Shown: positions 1 to 12,604, numbered from the stretch's first letter. The stretch: 64,000 bases of DNA from Oopsacas minuta (GCA_024704765.1 JAKMXF010000277.1:186001-250000), one strand, 5' to 3'. The notes: generated from the letters alone by a model not told the origin. A program made the numbers and translations.

Positions 1-48
1 GCAGAGATTGCAAGAGAACTAACTTAACAGAGATAATTATTGCAGACT

Positions 49-2527
49 CTACGAATTCTCAAGGCTAACTGTAGAATGTGTATTTTTGCCAATGACTGTA
101 CATTTTGCTGCAAATATACTAAATCTCACTCGATTTTCAAGGAATATAACGGAATGGCGGACAGGAATGGTTTTTGGGGAAGTAATTTGCCCAAAAAGGC
201 TGAATAGCTCGCTTTTTGGTCGGAAAAAATACAGTAAATTCGGATAAACTTTTAGTATTGAGAATAAGACGTATTAACCGAATTCTATTGTATCTGAAAA
301 TTTTCAAAATGTACAAACAATTACCTGAATCTTGTTCTGTAGGAGATAACAAATTGTATTTAGAGAAATGAGCCTGTTCTAGTGTCTTGTTCGGTGAATC
401 TCCTCTAGTGATAGAAATAGGGTCAAATGGTGGTGGAGGAGGAAATTTTAAGAAAGGCATAGGTGAGTTTGAAGCAATAGTTTCAGAAAGTGATTGGAAA
501 TCTTTGTGTTCAGCAGATGGTGAGAGATTCGAATCTGGTGTTAAGTATAGCTCAGGAGAAGAAGGTATGTCAACAGGATTCACTATTGCCAATTCATTCT
601 TCACATACGCAGGAGTACTATAAGACCTCGTCACATCAAGCTTATTAACATTACATATAGGTAACATCATGTTATCTTGTGGTGCATGACATGGTGTATC
701 ATCATATGAATTCCTACTAGAATCACTGTTAGAATCAACACTAACAAAACTAAGGCCAGTTAAACTGATTAGACTATCTGTGGTTAGTAAGTTATTCGTG
801 CTTGGCCCGTCTATTAGTATTCTACCAACGTTACTTGATTTTGTGGTAGGCTGAACTGAGAAGTCATCTAAACTATAGAAAATGGGGTAAAGTATATTAT
901 GGTTTGAACAGCTAACCAAAGATTCATAGGTCATGGGTCATGGGTCATCAAAGTGACCCATGGTCCACTCTGGTGGCTGTAGCAAAGGTCAAAGTTCAAA
1001 AAAATTCTACATATTATTATACAATAACTATAATTCAACAAAATTTGGTTCTATTTGTTCACTACAACAAATTTCGACCAACGAGACAGATATTTATTGA
1101 TGGATAAAGGACTACAAATTCGAATCAAGAGACAGTGGAAGTAGAATTCTAGTGAAAAATAACGTAGGTCTGCGAAAATTCATAATGATCATGTATACGC
1201 TAGAGACTCAGAAAATTTCATTGTAACTTACTCAATATCCGGAGAATCAGGTGATCTCAACTCTTCAGTCGACAGTTTAGCCCTTGTCCTAGAAAACCTT
1301 GATCTTCTCTGAGGTTCAGATCCCGGTGTATGCTCCCTTATAAGTAGAAAGCTAAACTCATAACCACATCCTCTCAGAGCAGCCAACGCTAAATCATCCT
1401 GACCAATTGCAATTCTCCGTGAAGCCATTCCAATACTTGGTGAAAATGCCTGCAGCACGAACTTATCAATTGATTCATCGACTCGCATCGCTCGTAAAAC
1501 CAATTGCATAACTTCTCTACAGCTAGTTTTACTGTCAATAGCTAGTGTTTTGTATTCACATCCTGGTACGATAGAATTCGAATACACTTTAATAACAGTG
1601 CCTTGTCGAGTTTGTAGTTTAAAATGTGAGATTAGCCCAGCTGATTTTTGTATTATAACCAAGGGTGATACGTCATGACGTAGTTCTTTTGATTCAGTAT
1701 TGATGTCTATGCTAGCTATGTAGAATAGGTTTGGATCTCGTTTTGCATTTGATGGATTCAATTGTATTACTCGGCTAATAACCTAAAAGAGACAGAAAGG
1801 GTAAATACATGCAGTTGACACAATCAGAAATAATACAAAAATTTAACACAGCATACTCCCGTTTTTTAGGAAGGGTTTCTTTACCCTCTATAGATTGAAA
1901 TAATTGATTTTACACAGCTTATTTTACAGTGAAAACCGGGAATTACAGCCAACAAAAAGACAGAAACTTTTTGACGTTCGCATTCCGCAATTTAATGTCT
2001 AACTCATGGTAGAAAAATAATAATTTTCAAAATATTATTTGCTTGATTTACTGTATTTCTGCGGTATTATACACCGTCGATGTAATGAATTATAACGAGA
2101 AAATAATATATTAAAATAACACAAAGAATACACTTACTTGTTGAAGAAGTTGTCCACAAGTTGTAGTAGCTGAGACCTCAAACAATTTCATCTCAGGCTT
2201 CCCACGTATATCATTCAAACTAGGGGTACCATCAGGACTTGACTGATACAAACTAGTATCAATTTTAATATTAACTCTATTGTTCATGTTCAACGGTGGG
2301 AGTGATGACGTCATGAGCTGTGGAGCTAAGCTTGATACACTCGCGGGGCGGCTAATTTCTAACGAAACTGTTTTGTTGTTTTCTTCTTTATTTTTGTTGA
2401 TTTTGTTGTTTGCGAAAATGCCAGCTTGTGAGGTCCCAAAAGTCGTAATTGCAGTAGCGCCTGATATACTTCTTCGGCGAGTCAATTTTTTGTTGCGTAG
2501 ACTGAAATTCGGTCTTCCAGAAAACAT
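49..2527 (-). CDS. Tandem Ras-association (RA) domain protein with Ser/Pro-rich disordered C-terminus; 4 predicted exons (2527-2138, 1782-1232, 911-325, 68-49), ~515 aa
   Basis: Joins ORFs 2111-2527, 1228-1761 and 137-934 via canonical GT-AG sites with matching phases (0, 2, 1); total 1548 nt is divisible by 3. The second domain (IKVYSNSIVPGCEYKTLAIDSKTSCREVMQLVL) resembles afadin/RADIL-type RA domains; the first (KLFEVSATTTCGQLLQQVISRV) is also RA-like. Exons 3-4 are less certain. Confidence 0.6.
928..998 (+). promoter_or_regulatory. Cluster of nuclear-receptor half-sites (DR1 arrays) in intron 2 of the RA gene
   Basis: AGGTCA-T-GGGTCA-T-GGGTCA (928-947), TGACCC (954-959) and AGGTCA-A-AGTTCA (986-998). 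Confidence 0.3.
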
Positions 2528-2773
2528 CTTTCTTAGCTATGATAAACTATAATATCAAATTTTTGTTTGTGTTTGCTTGTTTGTTTGTTTGTTTGTCTTT
2601 TTTCAGTCAAAATGTATATCGCATATATATATTGTTGTTGCGGCCGAGCGCTTAATATTTTCGTGGCATTTTGTGGCTAAATATGTTTTTATCCAAAATA
2701 AACTACATATTCTCAAATATGATATTATAGGTACGAATTAGCATTCAAATTTCAACTGGAATGCCCAATATCT

Positions 2774-2795
2774 TATATATATATATATATATATA
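2774..2795. repeat. (TA)n microsatellite
   Basis: Perfect TA run of about 11 units. Confidence 0.9.
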
Positions 2796-5130
2796 TTTCT
2801 GTGTGTATATATATATACATGATGGTAATAGTAATTGTGTCTACATATGTGCTAAACAATGTAAATAATGAATTGAATTAAACAGCTTGATAATCAAATC
2901 TAATTGAGAATTGCGTATTAAATACAAGTACCAGATTCTCCAATAATTAGTCAATCATTAGCAATGCATAAATGAGGATAATTTGAATATTGAATTTCAA
3001 TACTATCCTCAATTGAATATTATTAATCAAGACTAACGCTAACTAAGGTAAAATCCTATACAATTTGAATGGTATATATTATTCAATGCAAAAATATAGC
3101 TGAGATTATTCATTAATTCAACCATAATGTTTTGCTTAAAGATATGATAAAATATTTTTGCATAAAATTGTAATACAACCATCGATTTTCGCCAAATAAT
3201 TATTGTTGTAAATTTTCAAATAATTATATTAAATTCATGAATTTGTTTGCGGAACATTGTAGGAGTAGAAATCCCAATCATGCAATTACCGAAAACTGGC
3301 AATTGACAATGGGATAATTGTATAATTGTTATCCAGGAATGTCTGAAAAATGCCGGTTTATGCAGGTTCAGTGTACTCACGAATATTAGAAACAAATTTC
3401 TAAATACGTAGATGTTTCTCCAATTTACTCCATAAAAGATTCCTGATGCTAATCAATGGAACAATCATAAACAGTTTCAATAACAAATTTCCCAAAGTTT
3501 TACGAATTTAAATATAAGATTTCCAATAATTTTACTCCATAAAAAGCATAATAAATTGGAGTATAAAAGTGTATTTGAATAGTGACAATACAATAAAGAG
3601 GAAACTCAGTAAAGCAAAAATGTTCATGTTAGGTATTAGCGTTTTACAACCAAATTTAGAATTCAATAAACAGCTGGTAGTAATTCTTTGGAATATAAAC
3701 AAGTTTAAAATATGGATTCTAGTATCAGTTGATTATCTTTGGATAGAAATGACGAAAAATGTTAGAATCCTTTAGCCTGCGAAAATCGAAGAATTGAAAT
3801 TCTAAAAAAATGAATTCAATGGATGCCGGTTATAAGAACATACCGGATATAAGCACCATCTTCTGGAAAACTGTTCTCATATATTCCTGTATATTTCACG
3901 CTGGTTATAAGAACAGTATTGCTACTCCCAAGGGGTTCTTATAACCAACATTCCCCCCTATTTCAAATGATGAATAAATGAATAATCAAAAATATTTAAA
4001 TAAACATAGCAGAATGAGTGGAAAAAATCTCGCATATCGACCAGTGTATTATTGCCAAGAGGTAAAATTCCTTGAAAATATTCCAAGTATAATTCAGCTA
4101 TAAATATTTACATTTGCATCGCAAAGTAAAGCATAAATGCTGATTGACAGAACAAATATGTGTAATAGAATTGATTCAATTGTAAATGATAATAAGCAAC
4201 TTTAAAATACATATATTAACTCACCTTATTCATGACAAATAAATCTCAATAAAATTATTTAGAGTTAAGAACTTAAATATCATTATACCATATAGACAGT
4301 GGTATAAATAGGGGAAATGTTGAAATAGTTTGCAAATATAGTAATTGTATTAAAGTCTAGGGAAATAAATATAAATTGATTAGCCCAACATTAATTAGAT
4401 AATTTAAAAGTGTATTGTAATGTAATATAGGGTGAAATGAGGATTTTAGTATTGGCTTGTATTTGGATTAAATTCCTCAATTCAGAAGAATTTCTATAAT
4501 TACACGAGGAATTTGCAATTAGCAGATATTGGAGGTGTCGAAAATTGACAATTCGGTGGAAAATGAGGCAAGAATAACTGTTTTTTTTAAATAAGGTTTG
4601 AGATTAAATAATTCAAAAATGGTGAAAATTTCTTGGCAATAAATTTTCAGCTTTGAGAATGTGGTCGGGTGACATTATTCCATTATTGTATGACGTCTCC
4701 AGAAAGTATATTGTTTATTCCATAGATATAGCATATGGATTGAGTCATTATTGGTAAGTTGTGCTAGACAAATCATCATCTGCATCAAAGTATGCATTAT
4801 TAAGATTGTGTATTGAAACTGCAACGAAATTAGGATCACCGAAAAGGTTTATCGTACACAATGGAATAAAAAAACCAGTCATTCAGTTTAATAGAGCCAC
4901 AGGTTAAACAGATCGCGGTCTATGCGTAATAATCGTGATGAATCGAATCACTGAAAGTTTGGCACTACGTTTTACCCAATTCCGCAAAATTTGAAAGAGT
5001 TTACACATTTTTAGATATTAAAATTACGGAATTTTGCCGATCTGAAAGAGTTTACTTGGAAGGAAATTAAAAAACAAATAATGATGATCAAATTTTCAAA
5101 AAAATCAAAGATTCGGTAAAGAATGGGAAA

Positions 5131-5345
5131 CAGTGTTCTCGTCAGGATTGTGTAATAGGGGGGTGCGCCGTACACACTCTGTGCACAATACGCGTAAAAA
5201 TACACCCTTAAGGAAAAAGAAGATGATGGCCCGTTTTTTGGGTGAATATATAAAATTGTTTATCCACGATAGAGGGGTACACTTTGTCTATTTAGGCACG
5301 ATAGGGGTGGCTGCGCCCCCCCAAAAAGACCTAGCGAGAACACTG
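5131..5345. mobile_element. hAT-family MITE
   Basis: TIRs CAGTGTTCTCGTCAGG / CCTAGCGAGAACACTG; 8-bp TSD ATGGGAAA / AAGGGAAA (7/8). Confidence 0.8.
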
Positions 5346-5976
5346 AAGGGAAATGCCAATGTTAATGAGGCTTCAACGCAATTTATGAAAAACGGACATA
5401 AGTTTAGACAATGCTAGAAATCAACACTTTAATACTAATATTTTAGAATAGAAACTTTCAAAAGAGAACTTAAATATAACTCAATCAGACTAATGGATAG
5501 ATAACCAATAAATGCAGTGAATTGAGATTATTCAAATATAATTAAACTAGATTTGAAGATATTCTGTAATACAGCGCTAATGTATCAGCAATAGATTACA
5601 AGCTATTTCGGAGAACAATGCTAAGTTCAAGGTAGGAATAATGTTCAAGTGATATAAATATAGTATGTACAGCTTGAGTTTCTGTTATAAATAGTCAAAT
5701 ACACAGATGGCGATGGCGATGGCGAAACCCAGTGTAGATTGCTAAGAAATAGATACGAACAAAATCAATAAGATTTCAATGGGAATATTTTGAGCCAGTT
5801 GCAAAATCGATATCACTTCAGAGAGTATTACTAAATAATGATCAAAGAAATAAAATAAGATAACATTAGATAATTATGCAACTTGCTTTTAACCATCAAA
5901 CGAGGAAAATTGTATACTTCTCAGTTTTATGTGATAATAATTACACAAATATGCTAGACGAATAAAAAGTCAAATA

Positions 5977-6277
5977 CAGTAGAAACTCTATTTGTGGGGG
6001 GAGGGAGGTACAGCGAATCTCCAGATAACACCCCATTCCCATTTATAATTTCAAATATAAATGTCCTTTAACAAGAGATTTTTAGGTCAATACGGGTAGC
6101 CACTCCCTCCATCGACTGTTTTTTATAATTTTGTTGGTTGAATCCAAAAATTATAAGAAACTTTATTTTGGGAAACACAAATATTTCAATTCATCATAGC
6201 TATAAATACTTGTTTTTTCCAAATTGAATATTACAGAAATTTTTTCGTAGAATTCCCCACTTAAAGAGATTGCACTG
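5977..6277. mobile_element. pogo/Tigger-like MITE
   Basis: Imperfect TIRs CAGTAGAAACTCTATTTGTGGGG / CCCCACTTAAAGAGATTGCACTG, flanked by TA on both sides. Confidence 0.65.
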
Positions 6278-7955
6278 TATATTGTGCTATTACGTAGCTT
6301 GTTTGTACACTCTGAGTAAATGGCGAAGTAATGACAATATTCGTGTTGTACTCAAATCATATGCGGGCAGTGGAGCTGAAACATGTTTCTAACTAACTAA
6401 TAGTGGCTTACAACGAACAAGTTATCCTACGCTTAAAACTCTACAGAAGTTGCACAGGCAATTTAATATAAATAAATATTTCAATACTTTTGGTGCATAC
6501 TTCTTTAATTTTGAAAATGTTAAGACATAACATGACAATATTATATTATAACCAAATCAGGAAATTTAAAAGTAAGCCTTTTGGCTGGCCTCTATATAGA
6601 CTGCACTTAGCATAATTTTACGTAGAATGAGATTAATTAATATTAAATATAGCTAAGTGGTATAACATCGTACAAGTAGATTGAGCAATCAATTTGTGTA
6701 GATATGAGGTCTGAATATGGTATAAGATGACTTTATGAAAGTTAGAAGTGATGTAAGAATTTTATCCTAACTAATGAAATAAAACCTGAAATTAGTTTGA
6801 GGAAATATTTGCAATGAGAGTTATGGAATTTAAATCAACCCATTAAGTTTTTTTATTATTAATAGTCTAGCACGTCAAATTTATAAAATACTCGCAAAAA
6901 AACAAAAATAGGTTTAATCATATCACCAAAACTGGCCACGGATATTTAGGTAATATTTTGCTCAAGTCTCCAATATCCAGTTAGACCAAACTTGGTCAAA
7001 TATGAGCAAAAGTGGCCAAACATGACATGACGAAAAGTCAACTTGAGTGTGGTTATGATACAGAATTTCATACAAGTGTGGCCATAGTCTATGAGAGTTT
7101 GAGAAACAGTGCACACTAAAATGTTGATTTAATTGAAAATATACTTGGGTAATTCTTTCGAAAATATTCAATCACCAAACAAAAAATATAAATATCGAGT
7201 GTGATAATAATTAAATGGGCAATTTTCCAAACACATTCACACTATACGTATAATTACATTTTATCTACTGACAACCAATCTGTATATGATTACACCTGCA
7301 GCATTAGACTGCTATTATGTTCAGTAAACATGACCTTTTCGCTTTAACTAATCCAGAAAGTCATTCATAAATTATATCATAACGAATCAACACCTCAATA
7401 TTATTATAATTAAAATGTAGGCTGTACCATGATCGAATAATTAATTATCAAAAATAAATTTAGAATCTTACGTATAAGAATTACAATTAAATAATTGGAT
7501 CATAATTGTGGACATAAAATTGAATAACTGGCGACGCGATATCACTCAGAATAATTAGAACAATAAGAATTCGGATTGGATCATAATGTGCGTAATTCGC
7601 TTAATAGGGGCGTTGGTTAATCGGGTCAAATGGCTTGTTTAAGCAGAGTTCGTCTAATATCAAGTCATATTTTCCGCGATTTTCCTTGCTAATATACGAA
7701 CTTGCTATTACTCTCAAGATTTGACAATAATTCTAACGATTATCGAGTTATAATTGGATATTCATAAGAGGAAACATTCCCAATACAAAATTGAATTGCG
7801 AATAGGTGAACACCAATGAGTTCTATAAATATATATCAAGTTGTTTGTTTGTTTGTTTGTTGTTTTTAGTTTATATTAAGCATCTTTAGTAGCAAATTTC
7901 GACACTTTTTCACAGAGTAGAAAATAGTTTAGCACCATAAAAATATCCGTAATTA

Positions 7956-8205
7956 CACTCCCTGGCCAAAAGTATTGGAACACCATACCATTAATGACGC
8001 ATGTGGCATATGGTACATTGCGAGAATATACGTACTGAATAATTTTGAAAATATATCAGAAAAGGCAATTGTAATGATAAAAGTAATGATCGAAATATGA
8101 TCACAGATGTTTGAAATAAGTTTCAGCTTATACAACTAGAGTAAATTCATATTTGTGCCATGTGTCAATTGTGGCAGTGTTCCAATACTTTTGGCCAGGG
8201 GAGTG
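7956..8205. mobile_element. Tc1-derived MITE (250 bp), copy 1
   Basis: TIRs CACTCCCTGGCCAAAAGTATTGGAACAC / GTGTTCCAATACTTTTGGCCAGGGGAGTG with TA TSD; near-identical copy at 43342-43592. Confidence 0.9.
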
Positions 8206-8317
8206 TACATTTCTAGTATTTAAAAGCAAGCTTCACAAAAATAACATGCATTAAAATGATAAATAATGCAGAATAAAATGAAAATAAATACAAAGAAATT
8301 TTGTCATATAACAATCA

Positions 8318-9220
8318 TCAAACTATATACAAAATATCTTCAATAGATTTCCGCAAATATTCATCATTACGATAAGGTACAGTAGCATTATCAGCAGGAT
8401 AACCAACTGGCATAAAGAACAATACACGCTCATTATCTGGACGATTACACAAACTACGTATAGCATTCTCCGCACCCATCGGTGTACTAACTAATGATAC
8501 AAGGTTCGCATTGTGTATTGCAGTTAATAGTATCCCTGTAGCGATACATACACTTTCCATAGGATAATAATGTGCAATTCTTTTGCCGTTCTTTAAACCG
8601 TACTGTTGTTTTAACACGATTATAATATAAGGGGCTTCTTCAATGTACGGTTTGACAATTTCATTTTCAACATGTAAAGTGCCCATTAACGGGCCCAGAT
8701 CTTTGATCCAGTCACTGTTCATTCTATGATCGTAGTTCACTCTTTCTTCATTTTCAATTACTTCACGTAATTGTGTTTTTATTATTTTATCTTTTACTAT
8801 TACGAATGTCCATGGTTGGCAGTGTGCACCGCTAGGAGCTGTTCCCGCGGTTAAAACACAATTTTGTATTACTTCAATGGGAACTGGGTCTGTGCTGAAA
8901 AACCGTAATGTCCGTCTTTGGTTCATGAATTGGTAAAATGCTTGGGAGCGGCAAATCATCTCATTTTTCGCGATCCGTTCGTGACGAAATTCAACATATA
9001 CATGCTCTCCCGTGGATTTAGCTGGTAAAGTATCAATGACTTGCTCAGAAACGAATGGGCAAATTGAACTGGATTTTCTTTGTTTATTCTGCAACGATAA
9101 TACATAATACATTACAAGCAATAATGGAAAACAACCACATAGAAAACCAATCACAAAACTAGTATTTTCCAATGCAAGAACTTGTAGAAATGCATTGAAG
9201 ACATTGTATAAGAGACCCAT
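8318..9220 (-). CDS. IYD: Iodotyrosine deiodinase (FMN nitroreductase fold) with N-terminal membrane anchor, intronless
   Basis: RRTLRFF, TAGTAPSGAHCQPWTF, EERVNY (substrate Glu/Tyr), VKPY (substrate Lys), HYY, STP, PVGYP..ATVP motifs match animal IYD; hydrophobic N-terminal segment. Confidence 0.93.
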   Translation of the reverse strand: MGLLYNVFNAFLQVLALENTSFVIGFLCGCFPLLLVMYYVLSLQNKQRKSSSICPFVSEQVIDTLPAKSTGEHVYVEFRHERIAKNEMICRSQAFYQFMNQRRTLRFFSTDPVPIEVIQNCVLTAGTAPSGAHCQPWTFVIVKDKIIKTQLREVIENEERVNYDHRMNSDWIKDLGPLMGTLHVENEIVKPYIEEAPYIIIVLKQQYGLKNGKRIAHYYPMESVCIATGILLTAIHNANLVSLVSTPMGAENAIRSLCNRPDNERVLFFMPVGYPADNATVPYRNDEYLRKSIEDILYIV

Positions 9221-9600
9221 AATGTATCTAATTACTCTAATGGGGCGTCAAAGGATGAAATAAGCTAATAATTAACATTCAAATTCTAATCAGTTATAGT
9301 GTTGAAGACAGGTGTAGTATTACATACGAATAAATTCCTTCATAACGAGGAGAATATTACTCATATCATATATCTATCAAGGAAGCATACACGTATATAA
9401 TTACGTGTGTTTATACGTATATACAGTGAGACCTCCAGAGGTGGCTTGTGGGGCCCTCCAATTCATGTCAAATCTCTGGAAGGTTGGCAAGTATAAGTGT
9501 GTAACCCCGAAATTCTCTGAGGCTCTGCAAAAAAAGGGTAATCCAGTCATATGAAAAATTAAATAAACCTCCTGAGCCGATTCCAATTCAACTACTAGTA

Positions 9601-9765
9601 CAGTAATCTCGTTGATACGAACACGGTTAAGGAGTACAAATTTGTACACTGTATCAGTCCCTTTCGATGCCTTTTCAATGTGAATTAGCTCGGATAATAC
9701 GTACTCCGGATAAGGAGTACGAATTTTGGCAGTCCCCTGGTGTACTTATTAACTAGAGTCTACTA
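9601..9765. mobile_element. pogo-like MITE, degenerate
   Basis: TA-CAGTAATCTCGTTGATACGAACAC ... GTGTACTTATTAACTAGAGTCTACTA-TA. Confidence 0.6.
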
Positions 9766-10329
9766 TAATTTCAATGGGCTTCGCTCCTACATTGCATTTG
9801 GGGGCTTTGAGCGTCGAATTTGAACCCTCCAGGTTGGAATGCCACGATGCAACTGCTACGAGGTCAGTTCAAAGGCCCTTCCACCACTGCCTTACAGTAA
9901 CCAGGAGGGGCCAGAATGGCTGAACAAAATTTATGATGGTCGTCAGCTTTCTCGAAAACATTAAATAATATTCCTTAATAATTTTATCCCAATAGTCAAA
10001 ACATCTCTGTATCATTCCATAATCAAGTTAATACGTAACAATAAAAATATAATATTCAATAAAATAGGGATGGGCGAGTAACAAATGATGTTGCGTTATG
10101 ATCTCAAAAGGTGGTGCAGATGTTACCAATTGAATTAAGTACTTTGAGCATTAAGTGGATATTTGTAATAATTAGCGGTGAAATAGATAATAGCACGAAA
10201 ATACTGAGACACTTATAATATATTAACTATTTGTTGTCAAGCATTTTGGGCGTCGACCCAGAAGTGTAATAATGGTAGACAGGTTAAATTTATATGTATC
10301 TATTGAAATGACATTCAACTATGTCCCGC

Positions 10330-10990
10330 CCAAAATTGGCCTAGCCTAAGCCTGGCTGTCATATAGCAAATGTTGTGCATAACCATTTTACATGAATAAT
10401 CCCGGATATATGTTGAAAAGGCAGAATGTACAGCGTTTCTGCTTATAAGGTAAAAATTATGATTATACTTATAATATCTGATACTATAATAAAAAGTTTG
10501 CGAGAAAATCATTGTAAGAGCCTTGAGAAACTAAATAAATGCTTATTCACTATTTTAGCTAGGAAGCATTTGTATATATAATTAGGCGACAGTGGTAAGA
10601 TTATAGAAAGCGATGACTCTTATAAATCATAAGCCACTTTTGGATTAATATAGTAATGTAGATATTTCGGGAGATGGTAGAGAACAGTTAACTATGATAA
10701 GTTAAACCACGTTAGAGCCAAAAGTTTGATAGAAACACGAGACAAAATTCTCCTAATATTTGAAGATGATCATAAGGTACATATATCCACAAAAATAGAT
10801 GCAAATTTATCGCCCAAATCTGACTGGAATTGAGGTAGGTTTTAAACTAAAAGTTTTGGAAAATCATATTAGCAAAGAGGGATTGAATTCTGCAACCGTA
10901 ATTAGCGAAAATGTTAATCTCGGCGTTTTTCTTAGCCTTAACAAGATATTTTAAATAGCAATATTAACTTGTAAGTAGAAATAAAATTTC
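10330..10990 (-). pseudogene. Decayed class A (rhodopsin-like) GPCR
   Basis: Manual translation with stops/frameshifts: NIAI*NILLRLRKTPRLTFSLITVAE (TM1-ICL1-TM2), RFGR*IC (ECL1/TM3 Cys), LYHLPKY (ICL2), SIILPL (TM4). Confidence 0.4.
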
Positions 10991-11125
10991 ATTGTTTTAC
11001 TTATTTTCCCCACAAACACTTTATTGTACATACAATGCATAACTATAGAGAAAATTGACGTGGTGCATTCATGCAAAAAAATGTTGAATAGGATTACAAA
11101 GAAACTAATAAATGAAGCAATTCTA

Positions 11126-12604
11126 ATGAAATTCAACATAAAAATGGATAATATACTACTCACTGAAATCAAAGAAAATTCAAGCACAAATTTTCATGGC
11201 AAGATAACGGGGAAAGAATCGAAAAAACGGCTTTCACTGCAAATCAAAATCCACACAAACATAATATTAATCCCAATATTAATCATAAGTGTTTGGGTCA
11301 CAGCTTTCGCCATGACGTCAATATTTGTCGCGATTATAATCAGGCCGAAACCCCAACTTTATAGGCAAACAATATCGTCAGATATTTATGTGAAGACCAA
11401 AGAAAACATGGAAATATCAACATATATAAGTATTTGCCCTTGGAAAACCATGGATGATGGATTATGTGATTTTCCAATTGATTGGCACCCATATGGTAAA
11501 AAATGGGGAAAAATAGAACAAACTGTATTAGTGCTAATAGATATATGCGGGTTAATAGTTTGCGTATTTAGCATTGCTTCATGGCTTTTATCTGGACAAA
11601 TCACATATTTTCATCAATTTGGTGTATTTATAATGGTTTGCTTACTAACAGTTCAACTTTTCACGTATTCAATATTTGATATTCAAGGGCCAAGGCATAT
11701 TTTAGGGGACGGAGAACATTCGGGAAGAAGCGAAGCTTCTAAGTTACACCAAGACAGAATTAAATTTTTGGTAATTACCCAGTACATTTTGCTCCTGATT
11801 TTGATCGGATGGATACTATTCAGTTTGATAAATATCCTATTAACAGTGATTTTCAAGAAAAAATTTTCCCCCAACAGAAATCGTAAGGTAAAAAAGATAA
11901 TCGCATTTTTTGAAACATCCAGTTCAATATTCATCAGTATTTTCGTGATAACAAAGTCAACACTTGCTACAAATGATTATGAATACTATCCATTTTTAGG
12001 GTATATAATTTCCACTCCAGGCATGATAAACAATTGGACGTTTGTGATAATTCTTCCATATTTCATCGCAATATTCATGATATGTTTGATAATTATACTA
12101 GTACTGTGGATATACAATGTCAAAGAAATAGTGTCAACTCAGCCGATTCGGAAATTACAACCACTTGAACGCAGGCTCATTGTATTGTCATTAATTCTTA
12201 CACCGTGCGTGATAATTAACCATTCCCTAAGCGTATGGTTCAGTTATATAATTGAAGATTGGACAGTGAATATATATGATAATTTGCTGTGTGGACAAAT
12301 GTTTTCACAAATAGAAACTGGAAATTTAACGATAGGCGAACTTGTCTATGGTGAAGATTGGAAAAACGGTGAAATATGTCACTTGATTCAAAGTAGCGAA
12401 GCTTTATACCCAAGTTTCTTATTCATATTCGCGGTTATTAGCAAGAGACTGGTATTATTAATCAGTTTCTTAACTACACTACCGAATGGAGTGTTTAATA
12501 TGATTAGAATAAAGATATACAATTGCAAGGAAAAGTTTTCTCATAAAGAAATATTTAAGAAAATCTGTATACCGTTTAGCAATATTAATGTTCGCTATTT
12601 TTGA
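11126..12604 (+). CDS. Class F (Smoothened/Frizzled)-like receptor lacking CRD, with an extra N-terminal TM helix (8 hydrophobic segments), intronless; paralog 1
   Basis: Within ORF 11024-12604; first plausible ATG at 11126 (or 11144). TM0 (IILIPILIISVWVTAFAMTSIFVAIII), Cys-linker CPW..C, seven further TM segments, long ECL3 with two Cys ending YPSFL. Aligns along its length with paralog 2. Confidence 0.75.
   Translation: MKFNIKMDNILLTEIKENSSTNFHGKITGKESKKRLSLQIKIHTNIILIPILIISVWVTAFAMTSIFVAIIIRPKPQLYRQTISSDIYVKTKENMEISTYISICPWKTMDDGLCDFPIDWHPYGKKWGKIEQTVLVLIDICGLIVCVFSIASWLLSGQITYFHQFGVFIMVCLLTVQLFTYSIFDIQGPRHILGDGEHSGRSEASKLHQDRIKFLVITQYILLLILIGWILFSLINILLTVIFKKKFSPNRNRKVKKIIAFFETSSSIFISIFVITKSTLATNDYEYYPFLGYIISTPGMINNWTFVIILPYFIAIFMICLIIILVLWIYNVKEIVSTQPIRKLQPLERRLIVLSLILTPCVIINHSLSVWFSYIIEDWTVNIYDNLLCGQMFSQIETGNLTIGELVYGEDWKNGEICHLIQSSEALYPSFLFIFAVISKRLVLLISFLTTLPNGVFNMIRIKIYNCKEKFSHKEIFKKICIPFSNINVRYF

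Noticed and set aside
6920-7100. GGCCAAA/GACCAAA-rich segment similar to 15040-15230
   Set aside because: Probably diverged copies of one repeat family, but ends could not be defined with confidence.
2800-7900. Short ORFs of 60-95 aa in the intergenic region
   Set aside because: No recognisable motifs or splice-consistent models; several overlap MITEs.
9808-9865. tRNA-Trp-like sequence on the minus strand (GACCTCGTAGC...TTCCAA...GGTTCAAAT)
   Set aside because: Too short and the stems do not pair; at best a decayed SINE or tRNA relic.
11024-11125. ORF-track N-terminal extension of receptor paralog 1
   Set aside because: Begins at a non-ATG codon in AT-rich sequence; ATG at 11126 or 11144 is more plausible.
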